From NCBI GenBank assembly GCA_038087875.1, contig CM075979.1, forward strand, positions 75,826,001 through 75,890,000: a stretch of 64,000 nucleotides of DNA. The letters are read 5' to 3'. The DNA comes from Malacoraja senta. Taxonomy: Eukaryota. The stretch's first letter is position 1. Each line of letters begins with the position of its first letter. The notes beneath the pieces are model-generated. The model ran no database searches. It saw only the letters and a program-made list of their open reading frames with translations, and was not told where the DNA came from. Below, one piece after another: positions 46,007-58,738 of the stretch. The translations under genes were made by a program, and so were the position numbers.

Positions 46007-49000
46007 GCAGAAGGGCAATGCTTTAATTATCCAGAATTAGTGGTTTGAGGTAGTCATCGTCTGGCATTCGTGTGGTGCAAATGTTACTTGTGTTTTGTTA
46101 ATGTGGGAAAAGTTTGAGGAATGAGAAATGAGTCATTCACAGCATGGTGCACAGTCTCTGACCAGTTGTAGCTGTGGAATTTGCATGGCTGATCCAGTCA
46201 GGGTTCTGGTCAGTTATAATTCCTCAGGAAGGTGGTATTGGAAATTTTCACTTTGGAAAATTAATGTATTTAGGCTCTGGATTGTTGGCAGTGATCGTGA
46301 TCTTAGTTGTAAGACTGGAGTGATCCTCGCCTCTTACTCAGAATGTTGTGTGGGCCTGACATCATGGGAAATTGATTGCTTCACAATATAAGTGTGTTAA
46401 TTGTCACTGTTTCAAAAAATAAAATTGGTAACAACTCATGGTGCTCTGCCAAGCATTATTCAGCTAACACCAATTATAATTAGATTAGTCTTTGAATATT
46501 CATACTTTTCTTGAAATGTGTTGTTAACATAATAACTGTCAGGTTTGCTTCTAACAGTCATTGTACTTCAAGCTCTGATGCTAATTTTAGTTTCCCTGTT
46601 GTTCCTCTGGCATCAGCAAACTTTTCACAAATAGAATGAGATGGTAGATCTACTGCAAACTCAGTAATGCTGAAGAATGGCACCTTTTAAAATTACATTG
46701 CTGAATATGGACAAATTCCACATTTATTCCTTCTTATTCTATGTAAACACAATTTTGTTCTCCACCATCTGTTTTTATGTGTCTATTTTATCAAGTTATT
46801 CATTTATGGGATTTGTGCATCGCAGGGTAAGACCAACATTTATTCCATGTCCATTACTAATTGCTCCTCAGAAGTGGTGGTTCTTGAACCGCTGATGATG
46901 GTACTTAGTGTGGTTTGGTGGGAAATTCCAGATATGGCAATGGAGGAGAAATGGCTATAAATTTCTCAAGTCAAGAAGATGGAGTTGGAGGGAAAGTTGC
47001 AGAGTGGTGTTTCCATATGCTTGTTGCCTTGGTGCATCTTGGTAGAGTTTGAAGGTTGGTAAGCTGCTGTTGAAGGTAAATAACATAAGAAACTGAAGTA
47101 AGCCACTCAGCTCCTCAAATTTGTCAGGAAGATCATGGCTGATACAATCTTGGCCTCAGGGTTAATATTCCCCTCTCCCCATTTGTTTTTATTTTGGAGG
47201 AGCAGACTGCAACTGCAATGCACCAATTGTGGAGAGAATGATCATTTAGTGTGGTGGATGGGATGCCCCAGAAGTGGGCTGCTTTGTCCTGAATGGTGTT
47301 GAGCTTTTGAAAATTGAGCAATTTAGTAAGTACTGAATATTCCACCACGCGTGTTTTGTGGCTTTTTGTAATGGTGGAAAGGCTTTGAAATATCAGGAAG
47401 TGAGTCATTTTCCACAGATAACCTAACTCTGCCCTATTCTTGTGGTAGGCCACTTACATTTCTGGTTATTAGTATTACCCAGAATATTGATGATGGGAAC
47501 TATGATGGTGGCAGGTATGTCAATTAATGTTAGAGATAATGGATTCTCTGCTGTTGCTGTGCATGGTCTTAGTCTGGCCATTTTGTGCAACAATGTCTAT
47601 GGTTGGATATTGTCTAAAACACAAGAAACAGGAGCAGGCCACTTGACTCCTTGAGTTTACTTTGTCATTCAATAAGATCATCAGCTGAAACACAAACAAG
47701 GAAACCCCTTCCTGATGACCAACTTTCCTTTGCTAATGAATCATTACTTAATTTCGGAGAGCATTTAGAAGAAGCATCTTGAGTTTCAGTGAGATTGAGA
47801 ATTCAGTCTCCATCTTCTATACTCCAATGTGTTTAGCCCAAACTGCTCAATGTTTCCTCATAACTCAACCCAGTCATACCAACAATCAACTCAGTGAACA
47901 TTCTTTGCACCTCCTCCAATGCTTCCACATCTTGAGTATGACCAAAAATATACATAATACTCGGGATGCTGGTAAGATCACATCCAATGACATTGCATCA
48001 AACTTTCATATGTTTATACTGAGTACTCATGGAGATATACAGTGTGGAAACAGGCCCTTCAGTCCAACTTGTCCATACTAACCAAATTGATATTCTGGAC
48101 TAGCTCAATGTTCTTGCATTTGGCTTATATACTTACAAACCATTCCTATCCACATCCACGTCCAAATGTCTTTATATTATAGGTCAGTATAGCATTAGCC
48201 TTCCTAATTACTGGCTATAGCTGTGTGCTAGCTTTTTGTACTTGAACGAGGGATGCCAGATCCTTTTACATTACAATTTATAATTGCATTCAGTTTAAAT
48301 AATAATTTGCTTTTTCATTCTTCATTCCAAAATGGATAATTTCACATTTTCCCATCTTACACTCTAACTAACTTCTTGCCCACACATTTAACCTTTTTCC
48401 AGATTCCTTTTGCAGGCTCTTTGTTTCTTCCTCACAGCCTACTAACCCGCCTACTTTTATCTCAGCAAATTTGGCTGAAGTACATTCAGCCCCCTCTTCC
48501 AAGTCATCAATAATTGAGACTGCAGTGATAACACATATGGCATCCCAGCAATGACTAATTGAAAATCTTGCATTTATTCTGACTTTGTTTTCGGTTGGCC
48601 ATCCATATCAATAAATTACGGCCAATCACTTGCCTTTACATTGTGCAGTAACCTTTTTGTGGGACTCATAGACTATCCTTTGGCCCAATTTGCCCATGCA
48701 AACCATGATTCTCCATCTACACTAGTCCCACCTGCCCTCGTTTGGCCAGTAGTCCTCTGATTCTTTTATTTCTTTGTACCTGTCCAAGCGTTAGAGAACT
48801 CTATCAAATGAAATCTGTAAGTCCAAATACCCCTATATCCATGCGGTTGGTTATGGATCTGGCAAATGCCTTCCTTTCTGCCTTTCTTTGTAGAATAGTA
48901 TTGTTATTCATCATTTTTGCCTCATCCAATTCTGAATCCTCAGAAGTCAGCTTTGGTTCACATTTGGACCAATCTTATGAAGAGATTTAGACCCAACTAC

Positions 49001-49962
49001 TTCAAGGAAAGCCCTCCTGGTTATTGGTAATCTAATCAGCCTATCGGCGAGAAATTTGAATGTACTGTTGATGACACCAACTGAAAAAATTGTCCAGGAA
49101 AGAACTGCAGAAGCTGGTTTAAATCAAAGGTAGACACAAAATGCTGGAGTAAGTCAGCGGGACAGGCAGCATCTCTGGCTGTGCTGCCTGTCCCACTGAG
49201 ACAATTGTCCACATTGTTAGTTCGACGTCTGTCTTTTTACTGTGCTGGGGAAACTTGGCTAGAGGCATAGCTAGTTCAAGAGCACAAATATTGAATTCAA
49301 CAGGTATTATTTATCAGTTTTGTTAATATTAAATTATTTTTACAGTACATCCTGTGTGTCAGTTTGTTCCTTGATATCTGGAATAGTGAATCAGACCATG
49401 TGAATCCTGGCATTGATGCTATGTAACATAGATGGGATCATCCTGCTGAACATGGCTGCAAATACTTCATCCTTGCCTTTGGCACTCCTATGCAGGGCTC
49501 CAACATTACTGTTTATATGTATTTTTTCTTGGAACCTCCCAGTTTGCCGTTTATTTGGCTGTCACCACCGTACACAATTTAGACCTTTGATTTCATCCAC
49601 TAGTTATAGCATCACTGAGCCCTGTCCATTGCATGCTGCTTTTGCTGTTGCCATTTCACTGGGTTGGCACCTCATCTTCTGGTCTGCTTGATATTGCTCA
49701 CAACTATAGATTGTAGTAAAAGACAGTTTTGCTGCTGCTGATGGTCCACAGTACTGAGCTCCTGGACGTGTTGTGGGTTGGTCCCATTTTAGTATGACGG
49801 TGGTGCCATACAATCCAAGAGAGAGCATTCTCTGTATGGAGAAATGTAGGTGTCTCCAAGGAATGACACATCTAGAAGTGGTTCATTGGTAAGAATGCGG
49901 GCAAGTTAATTTCTCACTCACATTGCTTTGTTCAACTACTGCAAACCCAATATGAATCTATA

Positions 49963-50096
49963 GAATCTGACGAAGGGTTTCGGCCCGAAACGTTGCCTAT
50001 TTCCTTCGCTCCATAGATGCTGCTGCACCCGCTGAGTTTCTCCAGCATTTTTGTGTACCTTCGATTTTCCAGCATCTGCAGTTCCTTCTTAAACAC
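49963..50096 (+). mobile_element. Penelope-derived terminal-repeat insertion starting at a hammerhead-like core, 11-bp TSD
   Basis: CTGACGAAGGGTTTCGGCCCGAAACGTT (49967-49994); TSD ATGAATCTATA at 49952-49962 and 50097-50107. Confidence 0.82.
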
Positions 50097-51038
50097 ATGA
50101 ATCTATATCCTTCAGCATGTGCAGTTCAGCCTAAAGGTACTGAACTATTCTTGGTGATTGACAGTGAGAATCCTTCCCAATATTTGGTACTCCTAATTCT
50201 TTTTTGAAGTGTTGTCCAAAATGGAGTAATGATTCATCAGGAAAGGAAAGTTAGTAGTCAGGAAATGGTTCCCTTGTTCGTGTTTGAGCTGATGAAATTC
50301 TGTTGTGGATTCTGGAGTCAATGATTCAGACCTATGGGACTACGTATTTAACTCTGTACCAATGTCTCTAGTGGTCTTATCCTGCTGGTGGACCCTGCTT
50401 TATTCAGGTCACTGCTGAAGTAGTCTGACACGTTAGCTGTACATTTTGTTTCTGTGTTGCTTGACTATTCTGCAGAGCAGTTTTCCTGATTTAGACAGAA
50501 TTCCCTAAGATGTTCATCATGAAAGCTTTGCTGGGTGCGGATCAAATTTGTTGTGTCTAAATCTGCTACTTTAGTTCCTCTGTGTAGCAACACCAGCTTT
50601 TTAGCCTCGCCAGCTTTGTTCTCGCTGTGTTTTGAAACAGCTGAATGATGTTCTAGATTACTGTGGAGAGCAGTTAAGAGCAACTGCATTTAGATCAGCT
50701 AGTAATTAATGGCAGATTTCCTGCCCTGAAGGACATTAGTGGATCAGATGGATTCTTGTGACTCCAGATTTTTGGGGTCATTGTTACTTAGTTTAAAGTT
50801 AAACTGATTTGCTGACTAATGGAAGCCTCAACATCTGGTTCTGTCTTTATGAAGTATGGCCAATAATTTGTACTGGACGTCTAGATTTAAAGGGGATATG
50901 TGTAAAGTATGCTTTTCTAGCTGTATTTCTTAAATGCTTAAATTTCACATTGTGTTTCCTACTAAACTGATATACTTTCTCAGTGAAGGACTTGACATTT
51001 TCAGTATTGCTGATGTTTTTCTTTTTTTTTACTCCCAG

Positions 51039-51167
51039 CGTCAGTGTCTGGCCCTGCTCAGCCGTTTTACTGTCTCAGACAGACTTTCTGAGTTCAAAAA
51101 ACAGCAAGAAGCCACTCAAGTTGGTGGGGTTAACAAGAAAGATGAAATGGAACTAGCAATGCAGCAG
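51039..51167 (+). CDS. NUP205: NUP205 coding exon 26/32
   Basis: tcccag|..|gtatgc; RQCLALLSRFTVSDRL...KKDEMELAMQQ. Confidence 0.94.
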
Positions 51168-51552
51168 GTATGCTTCGTTTTGGTGGTTTCTCTTGTTTTT
51201 CTGTATGTCTTATTCGAAGGGGTAACTACCCTAATTGATACCAGTTTCAGCCTGAACTTGCTTTTTGGTTGTCTTCAAAATGGACAAAATATTGTTCTAA
51301 CTGGATCGATCAATTAAAATAATGCCAAATGGTAGTTATTTGGCATGATAGATGATTTATTCCAAACAAATGAGTTGGATTTTAGTACATTGGCAGTTGT
51401 TCATTGCAGCTGTTTGTACTGTGAGCACTTGTTGGCTGAGAACTCAAATTCTATCTGGGACTGTGGCTAGCTAATAGGCAATAAGGAATCATTAGTTTTC
51501 TAATGTTTTGGTTAAGAATAACAGTGTAAGTAATACTTTTTTTTCCTTACAG

Positions 51553-51679
51553 ATTTGTGCAAATGTAGTTCAGTATTGTCAAACACTTCTGATACAAAGC
51601 AGTGCCGGGTCCCAGCATACAATTTGTCTCTTTACTCCTAGTCTTTCTGAAGGGACATCTCGAGAAGGAACCCGGCAAG
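51553..51679 (+). CDS. NUP205: NUP205 coding exon 27/32
   Basis: ttacag|..|gtaagc; ICANVVQYCQTLLIQSS...CLFTPSLSEGTSREGTRQ. Confidence 0.94.
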
Positions 51680-51789
51680 GTAAGCAGTCATACCTTTGCA
51701 TAAGCATATATTCCAGTGTATTCATCTCTCACTTTCCAGATTTGTGTTACATTTTCCTAGCATATAGCAAAGCTTTTGGCATAGCAAGG

Positions 51790-53260
51790 TTTGACTGCAA
51801 AGAACCATGAATGACGAGAGAAATTGAGGTTCCGGTCAGGAAAATCGGGAAGCATGGGTTGGGTATTGGTAGGCAGGATCAAGTGTATCCCTCATGGGTA
51901 TAAGGATTGGCGTCATAGATTGAGGGGCATACTTAAGCAAAAAATTAAGGTCTTAAAGGGTGCATGAAATAACTCTGGTAGATGAGATTGTGGAGACTCT
52001 GAAGAGATTTTATGTATATTAATTTTAAAAAGGGTATTTAAGGAAAAAATAGAGCCCCTCTTGAACCAAACTAATCATCTGTGTGTGGAGTCGCAGGAGA
52101 TAGGCAAAGTCCCCAATGAATATTTCTTTCTTTTTTGCCATGGGGAAAGATATGAAGGCAAGTGAGCTTGGGAAAGTTGAGAGCAATATCTTGAGGACAG
52201 TCAGTATTATAGTCAGCATGGTTTTGTTCATGTCTCATGAATTTGATTTAGTTTTTTTGCAAAAGTAACCAAGAAGGTTGATGAGGGCTGTAAGCATCTA
52301 TATGGACTTGTGCAAGGCCTTTGATGGGGTTCTGCATGTTTGGTTGCTCTAGAACGATCGCATGGGATTCAGGGAGTACTAGCTAACTCAATACACAATT
52401 GGCTTAATGGTAGGAGGCCGAGAGTGGTGGTGGAAGATTGTTTTTGGACTGGAGGCCTGTGATTAGTGGTGTATCTCGGATTGGGGCTGGACCCGTTGCT
52501 GTTTTGTCATCTATATTACTGAATTGTATGAGAGTGTACAAGGCGTCATTCATAAGTTTGCCGATTATGCTAAAATAGGTGGTAGGGTAGGCAGTTAAGA
52601 TAGCTATCAAAAATTACAGCGGGATCTTGCTCAGCTGGGAAAATGGGCCAAGGAATGGCTAATGGAGTTTAACTCAGATTAGTGTGAGATGTTACTTTTT
52701 GGGAGGTTGGTCCAGGGCAGAACCTTCACAGTAAATGATACGGCCCTGGGAAGTATTGTAGAGCATTGGATCTAAGAGTGCTGGTACATAGTTCCCAGAT
52801 GCGGCATCACAGGTAGATAGGGTGGTGAAGAAAGCCTTTGGCACATTGGCCTTGATCAGTCAAGGGAATGATTAAGGAAATTGCATTATTATGTTACAGT
52901 TGTACAAGATGTGGTGAGGCGGATGGTGGAGTATTCTGTTCAATTTTGGTCAGGCTATTTGGTCAGGCTGGCCAGGTTTAAGGTAAGAGGGGAAAGATTT
53001 AATAGGAACCTGAGGGGCATCTTATTCACACAGCCAGATACATGCCAGAGGAAGTGGTTGAGGTAGGTACAATAACATTTGTACCTACAGGGTACAAATA
53101 GGTAGGTACAATAACATTTAAAATACATTTGGACTGGTACATGGATTGGAAAGGCTTAGAGAGATGAGGGTCAATGCAGGGAAATGGCACTAGCTCAGAT
53201 GGGGCATCTTGTTCGGCATTGATGTTGGACCAATGGGTCTTTGACATACAGTATGACTGA
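51790..53260 (+). mobile_element. CR1 LINE fragments, old and degenerate
   Basis: Decayed KAFD, DLxxLxxWAxxWxMEFN and VQFWS motifs. Confidence 0.7.
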
Positions 53261-53387
53261 TTTGCTTCTGTGTGAATGAATATAACTAAGTTGTACTGTT
53301 TATAGGTAATGTTTGGCCATGTTTAAGTGCAATCTTTGTCTGGCTGTGTCTAACTAATTGCTTTACAGCCAGGTTGGATCATAATTA

Positions 53388-53600
53388 GAAACATAGAAAA
53401 TAGATGCAGGAGTAGGCCATTCGGCCCTTCGAGCCAGCACCGCCATTCAATATGATTATGGCTGATCATCCAAAATCAGTGCCCCATTCCTAATTTTTCC
53501 CCATTCCCTTCATTCCGTTAGCCCTAAGAGCTAAATCTAACTCTCTCTTGAAAACATCCAGTGAATTGGCCTCCACTGCCTTTGTGGCAGAGAGTTCCAC
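53388..53600 (-). mobile_element. CR1 LINE 3' UTR stub
   Basis: Nearly identical to the 3' ends at 3795, 35818, 44461 and 59700. Confidence 0.85.
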
Positions 53601-53870
53601 TTGCCTTGTTGCCACTTTTACTGTAAATTTTGAAAAACGGGCAAATTTTGAACACACAGGATGCAGCTTTATGTTTTAAAAATGTTATTTTTGGCTGAGG
53701 CAGTATCTCATCAATACACTTTTTGTTTCCCACCTCCGATGTTTCCCATCTCTGATTGATGTCTGATTAATTTAGAATATGTTGAAGATGGTATGTGACC
53801 AGGCTAAAACTGTTGCTGTTTTCCAGCTTGAGTTACAGTGACAGAAATTTTGTTCCACCCCTGTTTACAG

Positions 53871-54037
53871 ATGCTCAGCTGGCAATGGTTCCTTACTGGA
53901 GGCTGCCCAGCCTTGGGATCGTACTGTTCCTATTGAGGCAAAGTGCAAATGATTTCTTCAGCAGCTATGAGAGCCACCGGCAGAGTGTGACCAAGTATCA
54001 GAATCTGCAGCACCTTCCCCCAGATGAAATAAAGGAG
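53871..54037 (+). CDS. NUP205: NUP205 coding exon 28/32
   Basis: ttacag|..|gtctgt; AQLAMVPYWRLPSLGIVLFLLRQSANDFF...LPPDEIKE. Confidence 0.93.
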
Positions 54038-54664
54038 GTCTGTGTGTGGTATTATTTTGTGAATTGAAACCTTGAACTGATACCCTTCCCTTGGCTAACC
54101 AACAGTGCATGATTGTTTAGATTATTTTAAGATACTTTCTCCCTTACCTATGCTCTGGGTTCCATTCCGAGAATTCCACCCTTCCCCTATGATCTCAGCC
54201 AAATGGCCTTTCTCTGAGAGATATCTGGCCTGTGGATCACAATGAGCTCTGTCATTACTTTTACTTGCTGTGCAGTTTCCAGTGGCGAGGCACAAATAGC
54301 AATCATAATGAGGAAATAGTGGGCTTTTCCCCCTCCTCTTACCAAGAAACTCAAATATCTGTATTAGAGTCTCATCTGTTAATGGAATTTCTCAGTAACT
54401 TGGATGACAGTACACTGGCCGACGTTTGGCAGTAATGGAAAGATGGGTGGCACTACAAACACAGCATTAAACTACTAATGCCTTGTTATTCTATCACGTG
54501 AGTTAATTCTTGAGAACTGAGCAGTTGGAAAACCAGTGTTCAGAAATGATCCGGTATTTGTTTCAGTGGATTAATTACCTCCATGAGCCTTTTTTGGATC
54601 ACCATATTGTCTCTTCCAAAGAAAATTAATCCAAGTTGCATAGTTCTTTCCTCATAAAAGGAAT

Positions 54665-54958
54665 GGTAAGAGTAGAGTCGTTGCCTTACAGCACCAGAGA
54701 CCCGGGTTCCATCCTGACTATGGGTGCTTTCTGTGCAGAGTTTGTACGTTCTCCCCGTGACTGCGTAGGTTTTCCTTGAGTGCTCCGGTTTCCTCCCACA
54801 CTCCAAAGAAGTACAGGTTTGTAGGTTCATTGACTTCGGTAAAGATTGTAAAATTGTCCTGAGTGTGTAGGCTAGTGCTAGCATATGGGGATCGCTGGTC
54901 GGTGTCGACTCGGTCGGCCAAAGGGCCTGCTTCCACGCTGTAACTAAACTAAACTAAA
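54665..54958 (+). mobile_element. HE1/V-SINE tRNA-derived SINE
   Basis: B-box-like GGTTCCATCC; central GTTTGTACGTTCTCCCCGTG..GGTTTCCTCCCAC; (AAACT)n tail. Confidence 0.85.
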
Positions 54959-55108
54959 TGCCTGACATTGGGAAAATCATTTGTTTTTTCCCTGTCCCTG
55001 CTGAAGGGCAATATTTGTGTGCCCAGAATGCTCCAGTTAGTTCTAACAACTGGAAACAACAAAACTGATGTACAGTTCAACTGATCAACTTTGTCGTGTG
55101 CCTCACAG

Positions 55109-55232
55109 CTATGCCAAGCAATAGTGCCGACTGGTGTGGACAAGATTTCAGCTGCACAGCGACAGGTTCTGGCTAGACGACGACTTGTGCACCAGATTAA
55201 CCATCAAGCAGAGCTGCTCTCCCTCTACTGTT
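55109..55232 (+). CDS. NUP205: NUP205 coding exon 29/32
   Basis: tcacag|..|gtatccttt (U12-type donor); LCQAIVPTGVDKISAAQRQVLARRRLV...LLSLYC. Confidence 0.93.
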
Positions 55233-55645
55233 GTATCCTTTCTTGCTGGTTTCCATTCAGCTTCACAGGAATGAGGGAAGCTGCACCTTTTCTAAAACTC
55301 GTCTGAGTTGCTGCTTAATAATCGCAGGATGTAATAAAGGCATGGTCTGGAACATGGTGGTGGTGATGAATAAATTGCACTGTCTGGTGGTGGGGATGTG
55401 AATAAAGTCTCCAGTTTGGATGGGCTGAAGGGTAGCTAATTAAGTCTCAGGCTTGGAGGAGGATAGAGAGGGATGTCTCCAGTTTGGTGGATTTAGGGGA
55501 GAGGATTAAAGTCTGGTTTGGTAGGAGAGAGGTGAATAAAGTCTAGTAAGGGGGGGTTGAAAAGGTAAATGGTTTAGTGGCGGGATAGGGGAGCATGAAA
55601 ATTGAACTGTTTTCAGTTTTGTTCTTTGACATTTTAACTTTTCAG
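55233..55645 (+). other. U12-type (minor spliceosome) GT-AG intron of NUP205
   Basis: Donor GTATCCTTT; branch-like TTTTAAC a few nt before the CAG, with almost no polypyrimidine tract. Confidence 0.88.
55330..55560. repeat. Degenerate G-rich minisatellite inside the U12 intron
   Basis: Recurring (g)aataaagtct(cc)agtttgg / ggtggtg units spaced ~30-40 bp apart. Confidence 0.55.
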
Positions 55646-55774
55646 ACATTGTGGAAAACTGCCTCTTCATTTTGTGGCGCCATTTAGAGTATTACTTCTT
55701 GCACTGTGTTCCCTCGGATACCCATGATTTTCCAAATGTCCTGAATGTTTCCTACAGGGGTAGGGAACAGCAAG
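55646..55774 (+). CDS. NUP205: NUP205 coding exon 30/32
   Basis: tttcag|..|gtaaga; (Y)IVENCLFILWRHLEYYFLHCVP. Confidence 0.93.
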
Positions 55775-57756
55775 GTAAGATGCAGGTTTGAGGTTATTGC
55801 AAATACTGACTTGCATTAGATTGATCATTTTAATCACAGGGTGTTGGTCTACTTGTTCCCTGATAGATATTCAGCAGATTACACTTGCATTCTCTGAACG
55901 TGTTAACCAAAGTTCATTACCCAGTGCAATAGGCCACAATCTGAATTGGACGAGTTTGCATGAAAATTGTGATGTTCTGTTACACAATCCTAATGGTTTG
56001 ATTCAGTTAGTAGCTTGAGCTGCAATAATATTGAGCAAGAGAGGTAAATAATATCAGTCTAGGTTAAGCTTCTGATAACTAGAAGAATAACTATCTGTGC
56101 TCAAAAGTAATTTCAATAGGGGGGAAAAATCATCCTCAATGATGGTGAAGGATGGCAGAAGACTGCCCAAGACGAAACTGAAACATTCGCAATAATTTGT
56201 AACCTAAAGTGCTGAAGAGATGATCCATCTGGGCTTCCGCTCACAATCCTCACAAACACAGAAACTGTAACAAGCAGTTTGATTCACTGCATGTTATTTA
56301 GAAATGGCTGATAGCACTGGTTGCAACATAGACCATAGTGCTGAAAACATGTGGCTCTCAAACAAGCCACACCTCCAGCTAAGCAGCCCCTGTACAGTTA
56401 CAGCTCTGGCATCTACCCTGCAATGTGAAAAATGGTCCAGGAGTATCCTGTGTACAAAACAACAGGACAATTCACACTAGCTTATTACCACTCAATTAGT
56501 CTATTCTTACCTTCTGCACTGTGTTGTATTGTTGACAGTGCTGTCAAACTGCAATTACTCAACAGCCTGCTCACCGATGGGCAGGCTAGATTTTCCCAGG
56601 GCAGCTCCACTTGGACCACATTGCGGCCTTCATCCAAACATAGACAAAGAGCAGCGGTGCAGTGAGGTGAAAGTGACTGCCTTTAACATCAAGGCATCGT
56701 TTGACCAATTGTGACACCAAGGAGCCTTGATAAGAATGAAGTCAGTGGACATCAACTAGGAAACACTGTAGTGATTAAAGCTATATCTCGCATAAGGGAG
56801 AAGGCTGTGGCTGTTGGGGTTCATCAGCACAGTTTTAGGACATCACTGCAGAAACGCCTCAGTGTTGTGACCGAGATCCAACCATCATCAACTTCTAAAC
56901 CTTCCTTCTAACATAAGGTCAGAAGTGAGTGTATTCACTAGTGATTGCACAATATCTAATTTGATCCGCACTTCCTGTCAATGAAGTATCCCATTTATGC
57001 TTGCAGCAAAATCCAAATAATATTTGGATGTGCTGCTGAATAGCAAGTAACATTTGCATTAGAAAAGTGCCGGGCTCTTGTGATCTCCAACAGAGGAAAT
57101 ATAACCATATAACATTGATATTTAATGGCGTAACCATCACCAAATGTGCAGTGACTTCCATTAAGAAGGGCCCAGACCTGAAACATCACCCATCCTTTTT
57201 CACCAGCAATGCTGCCTGAACCGCTGAGTTATTCCAGCACTTTATGTCTATCTTCCATTAATTAGAAGCTCCATATAAACACTGACTATGAAAATGGATC
57301 AGAGGCTGAATATCTTGCAACATATAACTCCCTTCCTGTCGCTCTTAAAACTTTCCACCAACTGGAAACGCAAATCAGGAGCATGATGGAACATACTCCA
57401 CTTGCTTGGATGAGTGTTGTTTCATTAATACTCAAAGCTCAGCATTGCCAGGTTATCAAAAATTACAGCTGTTCAAGTGGGCTGAAGAATGGATATTGAG
57501 TATAGAAGTTGGGATGTTATGATACAGTTGTACAATATGTTGGTGAGGCTACATTTCAATTCAGTTTTGGTCACCTTGCTGTAAGGAGGATGTTATTAAG
57601 CTGGAGATTTCAAATAGATTTTTCTCACTGATTTAGTACAGTATAATTTGAAAACAAACTTGAGAGACAGTATGGCAAAATTTGGTAGTCTTGAGTAGCT
57701 AATTTCTGGAGTTGACCAAACTGCCAACTTTGTTTCTTATATTTTATTAAACCTAG

Positions 57757-57833
57757 ATTCTCAGAGGTTTGGTTCAAATCCTGATTCCAGGCGTCTCATT
57801 CTCAGTCAATTAAATCAACATGACCTTGAGCAG
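57757..57833 (+). CDS. NUP205: NUP205 coding exon 31/32
   Basis: acctag|..|gtaggt; (D)SQRFGSNPDSRRLILSQLNQHDLEQ; phases fit both neighbours. Confidence 0.85.
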
Positions 57834-58426
57834 GTAGGTTTCAACCTTAATTACGGCCGTGTTATCTATCATGTGATGATGGTCACAGTTATAAAATCTG
57901 TTACCTGCTATACTTGATATCAATGAAGGATCTGTCAGTGATATTCTTATGATAAAATTGATGGAGCTTTTTAATGCCATGTTTAAAGGCCATTAAACGC
58001 ATATTAGGTGAATAAATACATGAATTGGAGAGAGAACTTTCCAGGGACTGTCCATAAAGGCATGCTAATTATGGGATAGTAATTTGAGATATAATTGTGA
58101 AATAGTAATTTTGCAGAAAGCAGCTGGAAGAAATGATGACATTGATATCACCCATTTCAAGGAGATCAGAATCTTGCTCTTCTAACTGGCCCTACAATGG
58201 GACCATAGGTCATCTGCTGCTGGAAAGATGCAAGAGTTGATCGCTGGTTGCTCATGTGTCGTTCTGCCACGGCCGCCATTGCTCACAGCCATATTAGGTA
58301 AATGTCCAGGAGCATTTGACGGATGCAGAGGTTTGGCCTGAGGCCAGTGAAGCTGAACATGGGGTGTGGGGCTTGTTTCAGTTCTATGTTTAACAGTGCA
58401 AACTGAGTTTTGTCTTATTTCTCCAG

Positions 58427-58579
58427 CTTCAAATTGATGCTGCAGCGAGCTTTGGGGAATCTCTACAAAAGAAGTTGCTCGAAATTGAGAATGGTTATTG
58501 TAGAGTACGGTCAAGACACTTGTTTATTCAAGCACTCGTTCGGCGAATTCGTGGCCTTGTGAGGATAAAGAGAACTTGA
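58427..58579 (+). CDS. NUP205: NUP205 last coding exon (stop TGA 58577-58579)
   Basis: ctccag|; LQIDAAASFGESLQKKLLEIE...FIQALVRRIRGLVRIKRT*, matches the Nup205 C-terminus. Confidence 0.95.
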   Translation, partial: LQIDAAASFGESLQKKLLEIENGYCRVRSRHLFIQALVRRIRGLVRIKRT

Positions 58580-58708
58580 TAGTCTTCTCAATCACACTAC
58601 TGTACACATCCGTTTTCTCTTTTCATGGCCTTTTTTAAAATGTCATTTCTGTAAGGCTCACAAAACTAGTATAATTTTTTTATTGTTGAGGACCGACCTG
58701 TAATTACA

Positions 58709-58738
58709 AATAAAAGGTTATTTTCCAGATAGAATAAA
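58709..58738 (+). terminator. NUP205 polyadenylation signals
   Basis: AATAAA at 58709-58714 and 58733-58738, 130-160 nt after the stop. Confidence 0.6.

Noticed and set aside
54665-54730. tRNA-like sequence with B-box
   Set aside because: It is the head of a tRNA-derived SINE; no complete cloverleaf.
57160-57255. Additional hammerhead-like remnant (also ~2248 and ~4965)
   Set aside because: The CUGANGA box or helix II is destroyed; counted only as decayed family members.
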